A stretch of DNA of 59,279 nt from Octopus bimaculoides (taxonomy: Eukaryota): assembly GCF_001194135.2 (NCBI RefSeq), contig NC_069001.1, positions 9,516,471 to 9,575,749 of the forward strand, in the 5' to 3' direction. Positions 1 to 12,430 of the stretch are shown here, piece after piece. The stretch's first letter is position 1. Every line of letters begins with the position of its first letter. The notes under the pieces are model-generated. The model saw only the letters and a list, made by a program, of their open reading frames with translations, was not told where the DNA came from and did not search any database. The position numbers and the translations under genes were made by a program.

Positions 1-13
1 TACGTGTATATTT

Positions 14-54
<41 letters not shown>

Positions 55-231
55 TTTGTGTATCTGAATGCAGAGATGTATGTATTAACAATTACTGCTT
101 TTATTAGACGTGTACCTCAGAGAATATAGATATATATAAATATATACATCTATATATCATGTATAATATATTTATATATTATATATATATGTATATAAAT
201 ATGTATATATATATATGTGTGTGTGTGGGCG

Positions 232-263
<32 letters not shown>

Positions 264-304
264 AACATATATACATATTAATAATAATAATGATAATATA
301 TATA

Positions 305-335
<31 letters not shown>

Positions 336-610
336 CTCGTGTGCAAATTGAGGAAGAGGAATTGTCAAAAACAACATAAAATAAAACTGACGATTGCAAA
401 ATGGTGGTGCATTTTAATCTATTTTCTTGTTTCTTTTCAAAGGCTGGTTGTTGATTTCTTGTCATTTCGTTTTTGTTGTGCTTAATTTTTTTTTTTTTAA
501 ATGTTCTTTACTAACTGTCATGAATCACTTTAGTACATCTTTGACAGAAGAGAAAATAAACAAAAAGTCTAGCTTTGACACACAAACACTCACACACACG
601 TACATATAAT

Positions 611-663
<53 letters not shown>

Positions 664-909
664 TCTTTTACTCTTTTACTTGCTTCAGTCATTTGACTGC
701 GGCCATGCTGGAGCACCGCCTTTAGTCGAGCAAGTCGACCCCAGGATTTATTTTTTGTAAACCTAGTACTTATTCTATCGCCCCCCTCACTTACGCCGAA
801 CCGGGGGCGTAAACACACCAGCATCGGTTGTCAAGCGATGCTGGGGGGACAAACACAGACACACAAACATACATATATACATATATATATACGACGGGCT
901 TCTTTCAGT
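664..909 (-). mobile_element. SINE family B (tRNA head / CORE-like / internal microsatellite), 3' part
   Basis: Reverse complement matches the 3' half of the full copy at 33471-33885 (GAAAGAAGCCCGTCG, microsatellite, TTGACAACCGATGCTGG, AAGGCGGTGCTCCAGCATGGCCGCAGTCAAATGACTGAA). Confidence 0.85.
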
Positions 910-930
910 ACGCCACCTCCTAAAATGTGC

Positions 931-1008
931 AGTGTTGATTCGTTCGACTAAAAGTTATTCAAGGTGCTACCCAGAATGGCCGAAGTCTAATGACCAAAAC
1001 AAGTAAAC

Positions 1009-1010
<2 letters not shown>
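931..1010 (+). mobile_element. SINE family B, old 3'-end fragment
   Basis: GATTCGTTCGACTAAAA...AAGGTGCT.CCCAGAATGGCCGAAGTCTAATGACCAAAACAAGTAAA is a diverged family B tail. Confidence 0.65.
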
Positions 1011-1050
<40 letters not shown>

Positions 1051-1362
1051 ATATATATGGAACAAAAACGCAATAGAGGACATTAAAACATTCGGACAGA
1101 TTGACAAAGGTGGACAAGAGAAACAAAAATTACAAGGACTGGCAAAAAAAAAAAAAGACGTGTCATTCGTGGCTTTCTTTCCTCAGTCAAGTACCAGAAG
1201 TCACGACCTTTTCGGGCAATTACACTTGAGATGATTCGATCTGGTTGCCCCACAAAAATTCTAAGCTAAGAGCATTAGACCCCTTTGTAAGAAAGCTAGC
1301 GAATGTGTACGGCAATAAAGACAAAAGAAAAAAAAACCCCAAACAATGCTGATTTCTAATGT

Positions 1363-1543
1363 ATTATTCCTTTCTATTATAGGCACAAAGCCTGAAATCT
1401 GGGGGAAGGCGGACAATCCCCAGTGCCTGAAGAATAAAAGGCAAAGTCGAACTCGGTGAAATTTGAACCCAGAACGCGGAGACCGACGAAATGCTGCGAA
1501 GCATTGTTGCCCGGCGTGCTAACGATTGTGCCAGCTCACCACG
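1363..1543 (-). mobile_element. SINE family A (tRNA head plus Meta/MESC-like core), internally deleted
   Basis: AAAGGCAAAGTCGAACTCGG.GAAATTTGAACCCAGAAC...GCTAACGATTGTGCCAGCTCACC is the reverse complement of the family A head seen at 22389. Confidence 0.8.
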
Positions 1544-1952
1544 TAATAAGGTAATAATATATATATTTGTTCTGCTTGTCGAATTTCGTTCCTTTTGCTT
1601 CGATCGTAATCTCACTCTGTTCTTAATATTATTCGCAACTAAAATCTATCATTACATTGTAAGGACATAATCATATACATATATACGTATATCCACCCAT
1701 ACATAATGCGATACACACACACACTTACACACGCCCATACACGCACACACACACACACACGCACACACATACACACATGCACACACACATACACACACAC
1801 ACACACACTCACACACACACAAAGTACATGCGGAATATTACGCTGTTTAAATGCCTCTTCAAATAATATCGCATAATTTCTGATATACGCATACATACAC
1901 GTGTGTGCCTCTCTCTCTGTGTGATTTTATATATACATACACATACACACAG

Positions 1953-2034
<82 letters not shown>

Positions 2035-2445
2035 GTACACACACACACACACAAAATCATACACAGATACACGCATTTACACAAGCACACACACACTAGT
2101 TCACACACTAAAACGTTTATACGAAACCCGTACCGACACACAAGTTCTAAATACCCATTGTTCTACAGATAATTATATCGAGATTCTCATGGTTGCATTT
2201 TATGTTTGGAAACTTCAGCATTTAAAATGCCATTCAAATTCCAAAGTCCTTCCTCTATAATTAATCTCTATCCGTTATTCCCGCTAATACCATTTCGCGA
2301 AAATATTCCTATACACTGCTACATTCCCTCAGACATCTTACAAATCTCTTTTAAAGATGAAATATATAAAAAAACAAAAGGAAACAATATATATAAATAA
2401 AAGAAAAGAAATAAGTAGAGACATTCAAAGGCACTAAACAGACAT

Positions 2446-2492
<47 letters not shown>

Positions 2493-2580
2493 TTCAGACG
2501 TACACATATATATCCAAGAATCATATTTGACTTTAAAAAACAGCAATAATAATTACCGTCAAAAAGTTTATAAAACGCCA

Positions 2581-2672
2581 ATGATAATAATAATGATGAT
2601 GATGATGATGATAATAATAATAGTATCAATGATTATGATGATGGTGATGATGATAATAATAAAAATGATAAC

Positions 2673-2713
<41 letters not shown>

Positions 2714-2875
2714 TAATAATAATAAAGAATAATTGTCATTAATATTGCTTTTTATTATTTTCAATATCAACTATCATTATTGCGTTTATCATCTTTATTA
2801 CTTTCGTCGTGGTGGTCATCATCATCATCATCATCATAACAACAACAGCAACAACAACAACAATAACGACGAATA
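2581..2875. repeat. Compound (ATA/ATG/CAA/CAT)n trinucleotide microsatellite
   Basis: Direct inspection. Confidence 0.95.
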
Positions 2876-3450
2876 GATCAGCAACGGCAGCTGAAATAAC
2901 AAACAAAACAATAATAATTTAATAATGTACTAGTAATTAAAAGCTACTGTTCTGCTAATAGCCGTGTTTTGTTTTATATTTCATTTTCAAAATTTTATTT
3001 CTTTTTTTTTCTTGGGGTTTATTTCCTTACATTTTCCTCCACTTATTTCCTTTTTCTTCTTCTTCTTCTTCTTCTTCTTCTTCTTTCATTATTGTTTGTA
3101 TTATTATTATTTCTGTTTTAAATTAATTGTGATCCTGCAATCGTGGCAAGGTATAAGCTATTGAAGACTTAACACCTTTAATTAGCAGTTGCATTAACGT
3201 GAAAGACTGCCTGTTCTTAGCTTCTCATTAAATCTAGTAATTGCTGTAATTATACCGATTTCTGACAGGAATGGTCCATCGAAGTTTCCAGATAAGAAAC
3301 TTTTCCATAACAGCGGCTTACACGGTTAAACCCAGCTTCTCGTCACACCACAAGCTACTACTCTCCCCACCATCTCTCTCTCTCTCTCTCTTGCTGTTCT
3401 ACATCTCACACATAGCTCTTTCCGCATTTAACATCACACACTAGAAATGC

Positions 3451-3508
3451 ACACATTTCACGCACACATATTTCACGCACACATATTTCACGCACACATA
3501 TTTCACAC
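3451..3508. repeat. 15-bp tandem repeat CACATATTTCACGCA, about 4 units
   Basis: Gives the HAHIF repeat in ORF 3447-4436. Confidence 0.9.
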
Positions 3509-3639
3509 GCCGACACACACACATACACACTCATTGATTCCTAAGCTTGACGTGTCTTTCGTCGATGATGTTGTGTTTTTAGCTATTTTCTTCTTTGATC
3601 TGCTTGCTTGCGATGCAGAAGGTGTTGGCACAGCGAGGA

Positions 3640-4900
3640 GGACGACGGTGGCCGTGGTGATGGTCGTGGCGGGAACGGTTCTGACAACCGTATCTCCGAT
3701 GGTGATGATGATATCGGAGGATGTGGTTATGGTGGCGTTGATGATATTGGCAAACAGTGATTACCGTGATGGTAGTAGTAGTGGTGGTGGTGTTCGTGGT
3801 GGTGTTGGTGGTGGTGGTGATGCCAGCGAGGATGAAAATGGTAATATTTGTTATGGCTGTGTTAGTTCTGGTATAAGTGATTGTAAGGGTGGCGGTAATG
3901 ATGGTGATGGTGATGATGGTGGTGTTGAGAATGGCTTTGATGGTGGTGGCAATGATGATGGTGTTGATGATGGTGGTGATGGTGTTGGCAACAATGATGG
4001 TAGTTTGATGGTGGTGGTGATGATGACGATGGTGGAGGTGATGATGACGATGGTGGAGGTGATGANNNNNNNNNNNNNNNNNNNNNNNNNNNNNNNNNNN
4101 NNNNNNNNNNNNNNNNNNNNNNNNNNNNNNNNNNNNNNNNNNNNNNNNNNNNNNNNNNNNNNNNNNNNNNNNNNNNNNNNNNNNNNNNNNNNNNNNNNNN
4201 NNNNNNNNNNNNNNNNNNNNNNNNNNNNNNNNNNNNNNNNNNNNNNNNNNNNNNNNNNNNNNNNNNNNNNNNNNNNNNNNNNNNNNNNNNNNNNNNNNNN
4301 NNNNNNNNNNNNNNNNNNNNNNNNNNNNNNNNNNNNNNNNNNNNNNNNNNNNNNNNNNNNNNNNNNNNNNNNNNNNNNNNNNNNNNNNNNNNNNNNNNNN
4401 NNNNNNNNNNNNNNNNNNNNNNNNNNNNNNTATTGATGTTGTGGGGTTGATGGTGTTGGCGGTGGCGGCACGAATATAGGTGTTGTGGCGCTTTTGTTGT
4501 TGTCGTTCTTCGCGTGGTCATGTCATGTGGTGATAATGGCGGTGGCGGCTGCGGCGATAATGGTGATGGTAGTGGTGGTGGTGGTGGTAGTGGTCATGAT
4601 GACGGTGATAATAAATGAAGATGATGACGACGGCGACGATGAGGATAATGTTGATGATGGTTGTGGTGGTGGTGGTGGTGGTGGTGGTGATAGAGATGAT
4701 GCTGGTGACTATGACGATCGTGATGACGATAATAACGAAGATGATGATGATGATGATGATGCTGATGATGATGGCTGTAAGATGGTGATGATAGCGGAGG
4801 TCATGTGGTTACAGAGACGCCGAGGAATAGTGGTGGCGCGGATGGTGGTGGCGAGGATGGTGGTGGCAAGGATGGTGGTGGTGATGGTGGCAAAGTGTTT
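3640..4900. repeat. Degenerate (GGT/GAT)n trinucleotide tract spanning an N-gap
   Basis: Runs of GGT, GAT, GAC codon-like units in several phases; no consistent protein frame. Confidence 0.9.
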
Positions 4901-4949
4901 AAGTTGAACATTTTAAAGGTGATTATGAGAAGAAAAAAAATGGACAAAA

Positions 4950-5046
4950 AGTGGCTTACACAAGGACACGAAACACCACCGGAAATCGAACACACGGCCT
5001 TACGATCGTGGGCTGAATACCCTTACCACTAAGCCACGGGCCTTCA
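4950..5046 (-). mobile_element. SINE family D head (tRNA-like A/B boxes plus start of CORE-like segment)
   Basis: Minus strand GGCCCGTGGCTTAGTGGTAAGGGTATTCAGC...GTGTTCGATTTCCGG...GTGTCCTTGTGTAAGCCAC; parallels 22674 and 51290 copies. Confidence 0.7.
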
Positions 5047-5168
5047 CTCATTACCCTCCATTATTGGACGAAATGAGATACGAAGCGGACACAGTGGAAA
5101 AAATATTTTTTCGAATTTTCTAATGGTGGCACTCAGCTCATTTTTGTACATATGTGTACATCTCTCTA

Positions 5169-5209
<41 letters not shown>

Positions 5210-5752
5210 GTGTGTGTGTGTGCGTATGTCTGTATGTATGTGTGTGCGTGCGTGTGGTTTGTATGTATGTGCATGTGCGTGTATCTGTATGTGTGTGTGT
5301 GTATATATGTGTATATATGTGTTTGTGTATGTGTGTGCGTGTGTTTGTGTTAATGTGTATGTGCGTGTCTTTGTGTGTATGTGCGTGTCTTTGTGTGTAT
5401 GTGTTTGTACGTATTGTGTATATGAACGTAAGGCAATCTATTGTCATATTCCTTGCACGTTAAACATATTCTGTAATAGTTGTGCGTAATGTGGATATAT
5501 AAACTAAAAGCTATGTGCGCTTGTATAAGCGAATGCTTCAGTTTCTCCTATGAATCCGTGATTCTGTTTGTGTATATGTATGTGGAAGAATGGTGTATGG
5601 GTGTGTCTGTGTTTGTTTTCTGGCAAAATGTGTCCCACTCTGCAATCACAGATCTATATTAAGTATATTGCTATTAATGTGCACACGTGCGCGTGTGCCA
5701 GGACACACGAATATGCAAACATATGCCTACACACATATACGCACATATCTAT

Positions 5753-5784
<32 letters not shown>

Positions 5785-5827
5785 CTATATATATATATAT
5801 ATAATGTATATATATAATGTTTATATA

Positions 5828-5865
<38 letters not shown>

Positions 5866-8800
5866 ACGTTTATGTATAATCATATTTATATATATACGCA
5901 TATATATAGATATGTGTTTCTATGTATACATACATACACACACACATATACCTATACATATGTGTATTTATAGCATCACACACATAAATATATGTGTATG
6001 TCGCTCTGTGAGATATTGGTGAAGTGAATTAAAGAGAGTAGATGCAAGATAGGTGGGCGAGGAAGGAGTGGGTGCTATGGAGAGCTTGTATGGAGAGGCG
6101 GGCGTAAGTTCGAATCGTTACAGCATGGTAGGTGGGTCAGAAGGAACAATAAGTTTAATAGTGAACAGAATAAGTGGGAACCAGAATGAGCGACCAAAAG
6201 TGAATGAGTGAGAGGGAGTGAGGGAAAGAGAGAGAGAGAGGGGGGTAATAAGGTAAATGCTGTACCGTGCGTGTATGTATGCATATGTATGTATGTATGT
6301 ATGTATCTATGTATGTATGTATTATGTGAGGGGTGAGTATGTGTGTGTGCGTGCGTGCGTTTGAAAGGAGGATATGAAAGAGGACTTGATAGAGAAAGAG
6401 AACAAGACAATTGCGACAGCTAAAAACAAGTCCATCGACTGCGACAATACTTCAAAAACAATGATGTAAATTGTAACGATGAAAACTACACAAGATATAT
6501 ATATATTTAAAACTATAGATTCTGAAAGAGAAGATAACAGATTAGGGGAGGGAGAAAGATTGGGAGAGAGAGAGAGAGAGAGATTGGGAGAGAGAAAGAG
6601 AAGGGAAGGGGAGCGGAGAGAGAATGAGAAAGTCGGAGATGGATATAGAAAAGAAATTAATAATGAAAGTGAAAGTAAAATATAGTAAATCAAAAAATCA
6701 AAAGTATAATTCGCATGGCTAGAATGACAATAGTATAAAATAATAATAATAGATAATAACAACAACAACAATAATAATAATAATAAATAACAACAACTAT
6801 ATTAATAATAATAACAATAATGATGATAACAATAGAAAGAAATATAATAACGATGATGATTTCTTTTATTTAAACGATAATCATAACAATGATAAAATGA
6901 TGATAATAATGATGATGTTGATGATAATAATAATAATCATTGATGATTAAGTAGGAGGGAAAATATAAATATAATCTAGAATAAGAGCGATATTATATAG
7001 TTTGAAGTAAAACTGAATGGTGAAAATAAAGAGTAATTTTTCCTAAACCGTAAGATTTCAACTTGCGATTTGTTTTAAATTGCTTTCACTATTTATCATC
7101 GTCGCTTAAAGAATTCCACGAAGAAAGCAAAAGACAAGCAATTGAAAATTTTCGGTTTTGACTGAACAATTTGCAGACTATCTTTCTATCTAGCACACAA
7201 AAGATATAATCTTTATCATTGTTACATCTGGTTTGTTCAAGTTGGCTTTTGTTTTTCGACATTTTCCCATCATCACGATCGCCATCTTTTTCCTTTTTCT
7301 TTTTTTGTTTTCTACGCATTCGTCTTTCTCTTTTATTAGAAAAGTTGGAATAAATTTCTTTCCTGATTTTTATGATTTGTGTTGTTGTTGTTTCTGAAGT
7401 TTGGTGCTGCTGATATCAAAAGAGATTTTTCCCCCTTGATGATGGATATCTTTAGCTGTATAATTCTTCAGATTCATAAATGATGCTTCCATGTAAATGG
7501 GAATGAAATATAGCAGATTATTGTTCACAAGAACACAAGGAAATTTAATAAAAACAAAACAAAACAAGAACGATTCGACATATACATATGTCTGTAGCTT
7601 ACATATGTGTGTGTATGCTTATGAATATATATGTGTGTGTGTGTATGTGTGAATATATAAATATATATATTAATTTATGTATATATATATGTATAATATA
7701 TATTCATATATGTATATATATATGATATATATATATATATAAATAGTATATATATATATATATATAATATATATTCATATATGTATATATATGATATATA
7801 TATATATATAAATAGTATATATATATATGTNNNNNNNNNNNNNNNNNNNNNNNNNNNNNNNNNNNNNNNNNNNNNNNNNNNNNNNNNNNNNNNNNNNNNN
7901 NNNNNTATATATATATATATATATATATACACGAATATAATATATATACAAATACAATATATATGTGTGTGTGTGTCTATGTATAGCAACCTATAGACGT
8001 ACATAGACACACGCACACATAAGTTAACAAATATACTATATATGCATAACTTGATATGTAATTAGAGGCAGGATTATTGAATCAGTACGAGCGACAATAA
8101 GGCCAGATACGCATACGTACATCACAAACTGCACAGATACATGTTCGTACATAAACAAACACACATATCAAGCCATGAGACAGTGTTTGAAGAATGTATG
8201 AGTGTAACTTCAGGCAAGTTAATCGAATTAATACTCACAGTATTTACAGAATATTTGCCATACATGTATACTTACATGTATGTGTGTTACGTGCGTTGGT
8301 TTGATAGTTATAACTGCGTAGATGACGAAAGTATACAACTGTGATTGTATGTATGCCTGTACATAGTTACGTATGCATGCGCCTATGTATATATATATAT
8401 ATATATATTACATAATTATTCAATATTAACAGTTTTGTATTAGAAAACCAAGAATTTATACAAGGCTGTAAATGAAGTGCTCAAACTAGTTGAGACATAG
8501 GTACAAAGTTAATTGCAGAATAAAACCGTTAGGTCATCGACTCAAAAAGCCGTAGCCCACCAATGACCACATATAAGAAGTACAAGTTTCGCGACCCAGA
8601 ATAAGAGAAGTAATCTGGTTCGCTCCCCCTTTTTCCCTCAGGGTAAGAAACTTACCAAAAATGTTCTTTAGGATCTTAGAAAATAATTTTCCTANNNNNN
8701 NNNNNNNNNNNNNNNNNNNNNNNNNNNNNNNNNNNNNNNNNNNNNNNNNNNNNNNNNNNNNNNNNNNNNNNNNNNNNNNNNNNNNNNNNNNNNNNNNNNN

Positions 8801-8919
8801 NNNNNNNNNNNNNNNNNNNNNNNNNNNNNNNNNNNNNNNNNNNNNNNNNNNNNNNNNNNNNNNNNNNNNNNNNNNNNNNNNNNNNNNNNNNNNNNNNNNN
8901 NNNNNNNNNNNNNNNNNNA

Positions 8920-9642
8920 AAACTATGCGAATGTCCATCTCAGGGAACCTCTGTTTCTAATAAAACCAACTGTAAACCACACGACGATAGTGGAATGGGC
9001 CCTTCATTCCCTCGGATTATGCCTAAATCTGGGAATGAGATAAGTGGAATGGTTGATAAGAATAAATTTCTGAGGGTGGTTAATGATGTTGGAAATGACT
9101 TTAAGGGTGGCCGTAAAAAATTACGTAATTATAGGGACCCTTTTTTATGTCCTCTCGGCGGACTTTGTTTGTCCACAAACGTAGTGTATAAATGCGTAGT
9201 TAGAGACGAAGACAAACAAAATAAGTTTTATATTGGAAGTTCAGTGAATTTTAAAGCCAGGTACAGGGCGCACATGAGTTCCTTTTCTAATGAGAAATAT
9301 TATAATTCCACAACACTCGCCTCTTACCTGCATGACCTCAAGAGGAGGTATACGAAGTACTATCTTGAATGGTCATGGTCAATCTTATCTAGAACCCCCC
9401 AATTTAGGGCTAATATGAGCAAGTGCTTATTATGCATTAGGGAATCCCTTTCCATTCTTAGGTCTTTGGAGCCGAAAACCTTGAATAAGTTTATCGAGGT
9501 AATCCCTCTTTGCAATCATAAATTTTCCTCCACCTTCCTAAAACTATATAAAAATAGAAATAAGAACAAAAATAATAGTATTAGTAGTGGTAATAATGGT
9601 AGTAATGGTGATAGTAATGGTAATGATAGAAATAAAAATTAA
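8920..9642 (+). CDS. PLE ORF C-terminus: linker plus GIY-YIG endonuclease (partial, open from the N-gap to the stop; probably inactive)
   Basis: CPLGGLCLSTNVVYKC...FYIGSSVNFKARYRAHMSSF...NSTTLASYL...WSIL...CLLCIRE...LNK...LCNH matches PLE GIY-YIG motifs (VVY/YIG, catalytic R, E, N). Frame stays open upstream of the annotated ATG 8995 back to 8920. The usual CNCR linker motif appears as RNYR, suggesting decay. Confidence 0.8.
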   Translation, partial: KLCECPSQGTSVSNKTNCKPHDDSGMGPSFPRIMPKSGNEISGMVDKNKFLRVVNDVGNDFKGGRKKLRNYRDPFLCPLGGLCLSTNVVYKCVVRDEDKQNKFYIGSSVNFKARYRAHMSSFSNEKYYNSTTLASYLHDLKRRYTKYYLEWSWSILSRTPQFRANMSKCLLCIRESLSILRSLEPKTLNKFIEVIPLCNHKFSSTFLKLYKNRNKNKNNSISSGNNGSNGDSNGNDRNKN

Positions 9643-9901
9643 AATAAAAAGACAAAAATATTGATATAAAAATAATAATAAAAATATGGATACAATGGTA
9701 GTATTTATTTTTCATCATGGCTTACGTTGGATTTGAAACCTAATAGTTTTTAGTTACCAAACCTGCCTGACTATTCTAAAGGGTATACTAAAAAATAGAT
9801 TTTTTTTTTTTGGTCTAGTCCATATTATTATTTATTTAAGCTTGCTCTCATAATTATAATTTTTTTTTGACGTGACTTCGTTGATGTCTGTGTGTCTTTT
9901 T

Positions 9902-9983
9902 TACCCTGAAGAAGGGGTTATAACTTATTTGTGCTCTATTGTGCCCTAAATACGGTGATATACCCCTGAAATGGCCATAGGTG
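9902..9983 (+). ncRNA. Minimal type I hammerhead ribozyme in the PLE 3' pseudo-LTR
   Basis: Stem I UACC 9902-9905 / GGUG 9980-9983; core CUGAAGA 9906-9912; stem II AGGGGU 9913-9918 / ACCCCU 9962-9967; GAAA 9968-9971; palindromic UGGCCA loop 3; NUH triplet AUA 9977-9979. Confidence 0.8.
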
Positions 9984-10730
9984 TTCTGTGCTTGTATTCC
10001 ACCTATACTTGTAATCCACTGTAAATGATGTTTATGGTTTGACTTTACTGATGTTACCTACGGAATGGTGAAATATGGATTTTACTTTACCACACATTGG
10101 ATGTTCTGTTGTTGTTTTGTCCCGTGCACTTCGGTATTCCTGTTTATGAAATTGGATTTTACCTACTAAATTTGCTGTCATGAGGGAGGTAGTTGAACTT
10201 TCGTACTATTTATCTTGAACTTCTTTTATTGGCTTTTGGTCCCAGCGAATGAACTGTTGTGCTACGTTTCCCTATGTATTATTTTTTTTTCTCTATATCT
10301 TTTCTACATATATATATATACATATATATTTATTCTACTGTATTTTTACCGGTCTCTAATATTTTTAATCAACTTTTTAATCACAGTTTATTTATTTATA
10401 TTATTCTATTGTATTTTTAATCGATTTTTATTCTTATGTATAAAAATTTTGACTTCCCTTTACTAATTTGGTTTTGTGGTCTATGTTGTACTTCTTATAT
10501 GTGGTCATTGGTGGGCTACAGATTTTTGAGTCGATTACCTAACGGTTTTATTCTGCAATTAACTTTGTATATATATATTACATATATATATATGTGTCTG
10601 TCTGTGTGTCTGTGTATGTATCTATCTAGCTATCTCTTCGTATATATGCACGCACACCCATACAGCATAGGGATACACTTCGTTTTCATTTCGTCCCCTC
10701 GTCTTTTCTCTTCCCTTCTCAGTCTTGACA

Positions 10731-10885
10731 AGTGGTTCCCAAATTGGGCGGTACCGCCACCGTGCGGGCAGTGGAACGATCCAGAAAAATAGGGTGACCA
10801 AAACAGGGCAATGAATGCAAAGACTCTATTATTATCTAGTGTAACAATCAATAGTATAGGCAATTGTAGGCTCCCCACAAAAGCA
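10731..10885 (+). mobile_element. Degenerate copy of the hAT-like MITE at 19310
   Basis: AGTGGTTCCCAAATTGGGCGGTACCGCC...GCAGTGGAACGATCCA aligns with the left end of 19310-19583; CCCCACAAAAG resembles its subterminal right end. Confidence 0.5.
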
Positions 10886-11099
10886 TTAAATAGCGGAAGG
10901 ATTAAAATTAATCAAAGGACATACTAAGTATGTCTGCCTGCTTGAAATAACAGTTGAATCTCTTATTTAAATCACCAAAATACACTGATAATAACTACAG
11001 AAATCAATTTCTGTCGTTACTATCAGTGTATTTTGGTGCTTTGAATAAGAGTCTTGACTGTTATTTCCAGCAGATACGTACTATGTAATACATGTGTGA

Positions 11100-11137
<38 letters not shown>

Positions 11138-11964
11138 NNNNNNNNNNNNNNNNNNNNNNNNNNNNNNNNNNNNNNNNNNNNNNNNNNNNNNNNNNNNNNN
11201 NNNNNNNNNNNNNNNNNNNNNNNNNNNNNNNNNNNNNATGTATAAATACATTTTTTTTTTGCAAAGGCTCTACCGAAATTTGGAACCATCAAAGGAATTC
11301 ACAACAGGATATCCAAATAGAATAAATAGAACCTACTCAGCATAAAACCACGACGCTACTAGAAATTTGAAGATATTCTTAACAGAGAATCGGTTTGCCA
11401 TTCTCGCTAACAATTGAAGAACTTTTTAAAGTATTCACTGAAATATTATTGAAATCTTTTTACTATTTTTTAATATCAACTATATGGAAACACATACGCA
11501 CATATACTCACACACACAAACGCAGGCGCGCACATATAGAAATATATATATGTATATATGTATATATATATATATGTAGTCATACATACATACGTACGTA
11601 CGTACGTACGTACGTACATGCATTCATTCACACACACATGCATATATGCATTCATACACACAAACCTACATACACACACATGCATACGTACATACATAGA
11701 TACACACATGAATTCATATACACGAACGTACACGCACATGCATACAAACATAGATCCATACATGCATTCATGCACACAAACATACATACACGCACATACG
11801 TACATGCATGCATTTATAAGTGCGTGTACGTATGTCTATGTATTTTAAAATAAAACTTCCTTAAAATATATACCTACTTCTAATTGTAATCAGGAACCAA
11901 AGACAATCGGAGAGAATATGTACACACATACACATGCACACACGCACACATGCACCCTTTCCCA

Positions 11965-12020
<56 letters not shown>

Positions 12021-12148
12021 TACATGATAGAGACAGCAACACAGGCACACATAAGTACTGATACGTATGTAAGTCTTTGCACAAACCCATTCTTATATCT
12101 ATCTATCTATCTATCTATTTATCTGTGTGTGTGTCTGTCTGTTTGTCT

Positions 12149-12226
<78 letters not shown>

Positions 12227-12261
12227 ATGTATATAGCCCTTCGCATATATACATGTATATG

Positions 12262-12430
12262 TGTGTGTTTGTATCTGTGTTTGCCCGCTATCATCGCTCG
12301 ACAACCAGTTTTGGTGTGTTTACGTCCCCGTAACCAAGCGATTGGGCAGAGAGACCGACAGAATAAGTAGTAGGCTAAAAATATGTCCTGTGGTCGAATT
12401 GTTCGCTAAAAACATTTCCAGGCGGTGCTA
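12262..12430 (+). mobile_element. SINE family B, 3' half
   Basis: CATCGCTCGACAACCAG...TTTACGTCCCCGTAACC...GAGACCGACAGAATAAGTAG...GGCGGTGCT. Confidence 0.75.

Larger units (their letters stand above)
8415..10567 (+). mobile_element. 5'-truncated Penelope-like retroelement (PLE, probably Naiad-type) with inverted 3'-end copy at the 5' junction
   Basis: RT-thumb-like peptide RPRIREVIWFAPPFSLRVRNLPKMFFRILENNFP at ~8592-8693; GIY-YIG frame downstream; 8502-8585 is the reverse complement of 10486-10569 (3 mismatches in 84 bp); TATATATATATTACATA at 8398-8414 and 10568-10584 as candidate TSD; hammerhead motif in the 3' region. Clade assignment is from recalled motif similarity. Confidence 0.85.

Noticed and set aside
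1150-1190. Minus-strand CTGAGGA...GAAT...GTC hammerhead-like string
   Set aside because: No stem II or stem I pairing and GAAA is broken.
3447-4907. Gly/Asp/Val-rich and Pro/His-rich ORFs
   Set aside because: Open in several frames on both strands because of (GGT/GAT)n; no domain or splice support.
8502-10569. Interpretation as a novel TIR DNA transposon encoding a GIY-YIG nuclease
   Set aside because: RT-thumb remnant, hammerhead and long TSD fit known PLE inverted-pLTR structure better.
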